Source: the human T2T-CHM13v2.0 reference genome, Homo sapiens. Taken from it: DNA of 64,000 nucleotides. Position 1 is the stretch's first letter. Each line of letters begins with the position of its first letter. The notes below the pieces were generated by a model. The model worked only from the letters and a program-made list of their open reading frames with translations, searched no databases and was not told where the DNA came from. Shown here piece by piece: positions 55,604 through 64,000 of this stretch. A program made the position numbers and the translations under genes. The stretch lies in NCBI RefSeq assembly GCF_009914755.1, contig NC_060925.1; one strand, given 5' to 3'.

Positions 55604-56595
55604 CTGGCAAGAAAAAGAAATAGAAATATATATACATATCCCAAGCCTTAGATGAGCCACAAAAACAGTCATTATGGGCTAAACAAAACACAGCTGAAGT
55701 CCACTGAGCTGATCTCTTCATAGCTAGCAGGCCAGCTTTCTGTCATTTTCATTTAGTGACACCTCTGGTCAAAGTATCACGTTTCACCATCAACCTCACT
55801 TCCTAAATGTGAAGACCCAATATAGTTCTAACCATTTAAAAAAGTGTCTTAAGGCTTTTCTGGAAAAGAGACTAAACATCCTTTTTTTGACATGACTAGT
55901 GACTATACTTTCTGACTAATGGGAAGTTTTACAGACAAATTTTCATGAAACACAGTATGATATATGCAGCTGAAGTTTGTGGATTTGTGGGTCCTGTCCA
56001 TTCACAGACAGTGTATCACATCAGAAGAAAGAGCTCACAAGGCTGGGCATGGTGGCTCACGCCTGTAGTCTTAGAACTTTGGGAGGCTGAGGCGGGTGGA
56101 TTGCCTAAGCTCAGGAGTTTCAGAGCAGCCTGGGCAACATGACAAAACCCCATCTCTACCAAAAATACAAAAAAAAAAAATTAGCTGGGTGTGGTAGCAC
56201 GTGCCTGTGGTCCCAGCTATTCAGGAGGCTGAGGTGGGAGGATCACTCAAGCCTGGAGGTGGAGGTTGCGGTGAGCTGAGATCACACCACCGCACTCCCA
56301 TCTGGGTGACAAAATGAGACGCTGTCTCAAAAAAAAAAAATGTAGAAGAAAAATCTCACAGCTCCTCCCCATTTTGGTGGTTTTACAGCCAACAGAAGAT
56401 TCTGGGAAAGGAGATTCTCTTCTTCAGGACTGAGGGAAGTAGGGGAAAAGATGGAATTAAACTGAAAGACCCAAACTTTCTGACCCTTTATAGAAAGCTC
56501 ACTTCATTTACGCTAACTAGAATGATTCATTGTGCCTGTGACTCAGTGTGTCAGCAAGTGCTTAGATGTGAGTAGAAAGAGTCCGTGTGACAAAC

Positions 56596-56698
56596 CTGTC
56601 TGTTGAGGATCTTCCTGAATTGCCGTATCATCTGAATTCTGGAACATTGATTCAAAGATGATTGCTGGTGAAATTGTGCTGAGGTCCTGGCCCTGGGT
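56596..56698 (-). CDS. MTF1: MTF1 coding exon (acidic region); upstream exons lie beyond the window
   Basis: [34 protein letters not shown]; catcag and gtttgt. Confidence 0.95.
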
Positions 56699-57048
56699 CT
56701 GATGGAGAGAGACAAAGATGTGAGATTGGCCATCTTGAGACAATTCTTCACCATGAGAAAACACATTCAAAGCAGCAGAACTAGAATGAAAATCTTTTGA
56801 TATGCATTTTGTTTCTACCTTCTGCTATTTAAAGTAACATGTATTTTCTTAAGCCTTAGACACTAAAGATTTGGGTCCTCAAATACTTTATTTTTATTTA
56901 TTTATTTTTTAATAGAGACAGAATCTCACTACGTTGCCCAGGCTGGTCTTGAACTCCTGGGCTCAAGCAATCCACTCAACCTCAGACTCCTAAAAATGTT
57001 AGGATTACAGGCATGAGCCACCATGCCCAGCCCCTCAAACACTTAAAA

Positions 57049-57597
<549 letters not shown>

Positions 57598-58288
57598 TTA
57601 TATAATATTCATTACCCTGCAACTTGCTTTCCTCATGTAATAATAACATTGTGAATATTTTTCATAATATCTATGATATTCTAGTATGTATGCATGGTAA
57701 TAAACAAGACAACAATGGTGAACAATAGTGATACCTTTATACTTAATAAAAGGTCAGAGGCATTAAAAACAAAAAGGTAAAATGTGAGGGGGGAGACCCA
57801 ACACAATGTCCTGAGGGCCTGCCTCCCCACAGGCACTAACTAAAACGAGCACTCTTCACTTTAGTTCAGGGAAGGGGAAAGACTACAGTTCTTCTATCCA
57901 TGGTCAACCTCCAATCCACCTCTACCCCTACAGTTCGTAGGGCAAGAGTGGTAAGGGCAACTGCCTACAAAGTCCAGAGAGGGAAAAGAAATACGTGAAG
58001 CAAGGGAGGTGGGTTGTGGCATACTGGAGAGAATGCATGCCAGTCACCTCAAGGGCTTCAGCCGAATGCTGCCATGGGAATATGCAGGCCAGGGATTACC
58101 AGAACTCAAGTGGCAAAATTTTGACTTTCTTTTTTTTGAGACAGGGTTTCTTTACTCTGTTGCCCAGGCTGGAGTGCAGTGGTATGATCATAGCTCCCCG
58201 CAGCCTTCAACTCCCGGGCTCAAGTGATCCTCCCACCTCAGCCTCCAAGTAGCTGGGACCACAGGTATGGGCCACCACATCTGGATGA

Positions 58289-58459
<171 letters not shown>

Positions 58460-58475
58460 TAAATAAAAGCAAGTA

Positions 58476-58930
58476 CAGCTGACCCTTGAACAACATGCAT
58501 TTGAACTGCACAAGTGGACTTATACTTGGGACTTTTTTCCACTTCTGCCACCCCTGACACAGCAAAACCAACCCCTCCTCTTCCTCTTCCTCCGCCTACT
58601 CAATGTGAAGACGATGAGGATGAATCACCTTTACAATGATCTACTTCCCCTTAATAAATAGTAAATTTATTTCCTCTTCCTTGTGATTTTCTTAACATTT
58701 TATTTTTTCTAGCTTACTTTAAGAATACAATACATAATACATATAACATTCAAAATATCTGCTAATCTAAACTGTTTATGTTATCAGTAAGGCTTCCAAT
58801 CACAGTAGGCTAAGGCCATTGCTAGCTCAGTTTTGGGGGAGTCAAAAGTTATACTAGGATTTGGTTGTGCAGGGGGTTATGGGTTGGGAGGCCAGCACCC
58901 CTAGCCCCTGTGTTGTTCAAGGGTCACATG
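58476..58930. mobile_element. Tigger2a (MER28)-like DNA transposon
   Basis: TIRs cagctgacccttgaacaaca / tgttgttcaagggtcacatg flanked by TA. Confidence 0.85.
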
Positions 58931-59743
58931 TAATTGAAAATAACTTAAACACACTGTATATACCAAACTAAAACCTCTTTTTAGGGCAGATCTTGCCCTA
59001 GTGCCAACATACGTTTTAAGGTCATTTTGTAACAACTCTGCTTCTAGAAGGCAGAACTCAGAAGGATCACTTTGGGATTGGGTAGAAGTGTGGTGATGAG
59101 TGGGGCTGTCCACCAATCTAGAAGTGCTCAAAGATTAAATTGCCCACTGGAGCCAAAAGGGAGCAATTCTTCTTTTCCCCCCCTTTTTTTCAGACGGGGT
59201 CTAGCTCTGTTATCCAGGCGGGAGTGCAGAGGCGCAGTCAAGTCACTGCAACCTTGAACTCCTAGGTTCAAGATCCTCCCCTAGACCTCCCAAGTAGCTG
59301 GGACTACAGGCGCACGCCACCATGCCTGGCTGCTTTTTAAAAATTATTTTTAGTAGAGATAAGGTCCTGCTACGTTGCCTAGCCTGGTCTTGAACTCCTG
59401 GCCTCAAGCAGTCTTCCCAAAGCACTGGGATTACAAGTATGAGCCACCACCACCAGCTGATGATTCTCTTCTACGTCTATCAGCTGAAGGAGGGGAAATT
59501 CAGTGATTCCTTTTTTTTTTTTTCTTCATTTCAGTGATCCTGATTGCCAATATGATAGAAGGTGAAGTCAGAAATTATGTGAGGCCAGGCGCAGTGGCTC
59601 ACACCTGTAATCCCAGCACTGTGTGGGGCCGAGGCAGGCAGATCGCTTGAGGTCAAGAGTTCGAAACCAGCCTGGCCAACACAGTGAAACCCCGTCTCTA
59701 CCAAAAGTACAAAAATTAGCTGAGCATGGTGGTGCGTGCTTCA

Positions 59744-59935
<192 letters not shown>

Positions 59936-60199
59936 TCAAATTTTCATTGTGACACAAAGTAAGAAATACATTTTACACTGTATATACATACATTCTTCAT
60001 ATTATATACATATCCATATGTGTAACTGAAACAAGTCTATGAAACAGACCTTATCCTTACTATGTGCAATGTCCTCTGATTTTTTTTCTATTCTATTGAT
60101 GTCTTTGAAATGCTGATTATAAACCACTATTTTAAAACCCAATGAAAAGGTGCAATCCAGTTTGAAAAATAGTTGACTAACAACTACCACTGAGCATAA

Positions 60200-60484
<285 letters not shown>

Positions 60485-60674
60485 TGATCCACCCGCCTCG
60501 GCCTCCCAAAGTGCTGGGATTACAGGCGTGATCCACCCTCCTCGGCCTCCCAAAGTGCTGGGATTACAGGTGTGAGCCACCACGACCAGCCATAGTTATT
60601 ACTTTTGTTCTGTTTATAAATCATTATAGGTAGTAACATAATTAAAAACGAATGAGCTATATTTGTCAATGATA

Positions 60675-60744
60675 TTAGGTTGGTGCAAAAGTATTTGCGG
60701 TTTTTGCCATTACTTTCAATGGCAATTACTTTTGACCAACCTAA
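60675..60744. mobile_element. MADE1 (Hsmar1-derived MITE)
   Basis: TA|ttaggttggtgcaaaagta...tacttttgaccaacctaa|TA near-palindrome. Confidence 0.9.
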
Positions 60745-60789
60745 TACCTCAATAATACTAGGGAAAAGAAAAGGAATGGGCTTGTGTGC

Positions 60790-61630
<841 letters not shown>

Positions 61631-62193
61631 AGGAAAATGCTGAAGCCCCTGCCAAGCTTCAGGGCAAAAACGCTGGGAGCAAAGTGGGTAGGAACAACTT
61701 TCACAAGTAGAGAAGACAAGAACAGGCTGAGCTTTCCAGGCCTGGAGCAAGGAGCAAAGAGCAAAGGGCAAAGAAGAGGAGAATACAGGTAGCTGTCTGG
61801 GACCAGGATGGATCCTGGAGCTGAGCAGCCAAAAGGCTTCGAGAAGGCCATTCCCTAGCACCTTCAACTCTCCTCTAACAAAAGATCTGAGCAAACCAAA
61901 GTTCATTTCTAGGATATGCATACATATGGCTGCTGAGAAACCCATAAAATCATTATCTCATATAAATTTACTATTTGATTTTAACAAGTCCTGATTCTCT
62001 CTTTTTTTTCTTTTTTTTTTTGAGACAGGGTCTTGCTCTGTTGCCCAGGCTGGAATGCAGTGGTGTGATCATGGCTCACTCCAGGGCTCAAACAATCCTT
62101 TTGCCTCAGCCTCCCAGATAGCTGGGACAACACCAGCTAATATTTTATTTTTACTAGAGATGAGGTCTCTATTAAAAAAAATATTTTTATTAG

Positions 62194-62352
<159 letters not shown>

Positions 62353-62480
62353 TAATTTTTTTTTCAAGCAAAGAAAATTTAATCCTGGCCGGGCGCGGTG
62401 GCTCACACCTGTAATCCCAGCACTTTGGGAGTCCGAGACGGGCGGATCACGAGGTCAGGAGATCGAGACCATCCTGGCTA

Positions 62481-62696
<216 letters not shown>

Positions 62697-63139
62697 TTAA
62701 TCCTATTGCTTCAAGGAATTGTGGCCTTAGTTTGAAAGGCTAAAATCAATTTCCACATCTGAGATAAACACTGGGTACCAGGAGCATGATCTATAATTAA
62801 ACCCCAAGGGATAGTGCTTCTCTCTCTTGATTATATAAATTGTGATAGGAAAGGCTTCCCTTTTTCATAAGTACTTGGTGTCCCCTTATGCCAGGGTATT
62901 TTCCTGGTGACCCTAGGGCTCCAGAAAGCTCGTTAGTCATATGTCATAGTCTTGGCCAGAGAATAGACTCCTAAGCTATTTAACACAGTTACACGTTAAA
63001 GGGATATTATTCCTAGAAATCTTAGGCTGGGTAGCTTTGAGGGCATCTAGACCACCCAGTGCAGAAATTTCTTTTAGAACATTAGTTGTAAAATAGGAAT
63101 ATGCATAAAAGTCATGTGATGTACCCATTTAATCTTTTT

Positions 63140-63700
63140 CTCTTTGCTCTTTAGTTTGATTCATTTCTATTATTGATCTTCAACTCAACTGATTCTTTCT
63201 TCTGTCATTTCCAATCTGCTGTTAAGCCCCATCCAGTGAATTATTTCAGCTATATTTTTCCGTTTTAGATTTCCATTTGGTACACTTTTTACGGTTTCTA
63301 TTCCTCTGCTGAGATTTCCTATTTGTTCAATCATTACAAGCATATTCCTTTATGTCCTTGAGCATATAATAGCTTTTAAAAATCCTTGTCGCATAAAAAA
63401 ATAAAAATAAAAAAAATCCTTGTCTGTTAATTTTAACATTAGATGGGTCATCTTGGGGTCCATCTCCACAGATTACCTTTTCTCTTGTGGAGGGATCATG
63501 TTTTCCTGTTTCTTCACGTGTTTACTAATTTGGGATTGCTCTGAACACTACAAATGATATATTTTAGAGACTCTGGACTCTGTTACACTTCTTGGAAGTG
63601 TGTTGACTTGTTTGTCTGAATATTCCATTAACTTCATCTCCCTTGCAGTGGATGCAGCTATGATCTTTGTGTAGATCTTTAGCCTTGGCTGGGCTGCTTA
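63140..63700 (-). mobile_element. Old L1M fragment (ORF1/5' region), antisense
   Basis: T-rich ttcttctgtcatttccaatctgctgttaagcccatccagtgaatt motif. Confidence 0.65.
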
Positions 63701-64000
63701 GAGTCTATCCCACACATCCATGGCGCAGGGGTCAGCCAGAGATTCGGAGAGAGTTTATACACAGAACTTGGGGCTCCCCCTTAGTGACTCTTTCCTTTCC
63801 AGGCTACCTGCCTTCACTTTCCAGGTGCTGTGGCCACCCTGAACTCTGTCCTCTGGTTATTCAAGCCAGTAAGATTGAGTTTTTATAAGTTTGGCTGCCT
63901 CGTTGGGTGCCAACTGGGGCTTGCCCAAGGTGAATAAGCCATAAAACTTGCAAGCCTACCCAGTGCCTTTACCATCTTCCAAGCAATCCCTTCTTCCAAG

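Overview
This is human (or very close great-ape) genomic DNA. From the encoded proteins I recognise it as the MANEAL-YRDC-C1orf122-MTF1 locus (recalled as 1p34.3). The first ~26 kb is intergenic and repeat-rich: an old fragmented L1, a 5'-truncated L1PA, dozens of Alus, an SVA_F1 (MAST2-SVA chimera), LTR and DNA-transposon relics, and two processed pseudogenes (ACTN4- and VCPKMT-derived). Then come four genes whose exons I assembled by hand with GT-AG junctions and consistent frames: MANEAL (+, 4 coding exons, 457 aa), YRDC (-, 5 exons, 279 aa), C1orf122 (+, 3 exons, 110 aa, head-to-head with YRDC) and the last four coding exons plus a ~5.5 kb 3'UTR of MTF1 (-). I found no new multi-gene system, and no CRISPR array, rRNA or tRNA. 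The most notable signals are structural: (1) an SVA_F1 whose target-site duplication encloses a 5'-transduced Alu; (2) the same short target reused by serial retrotransposon insertions; (3) several non-tandem local copies, notably a 227-bp, 98.7%-identical copy of an ancient MLT1 LTR segment at the edge of the MANEAL promoter; (4) candidate regulatory motifs (an MRE cluster in the MANEAL CpG island; clustered miRNA seed sites and a GGAGA-loop hairpin in the MTF1 3'UTR). Gene names and repeat subfamilies are from memory of known sequences, not database searches. Repeat boundaries are approximate and not every Alu is listed.
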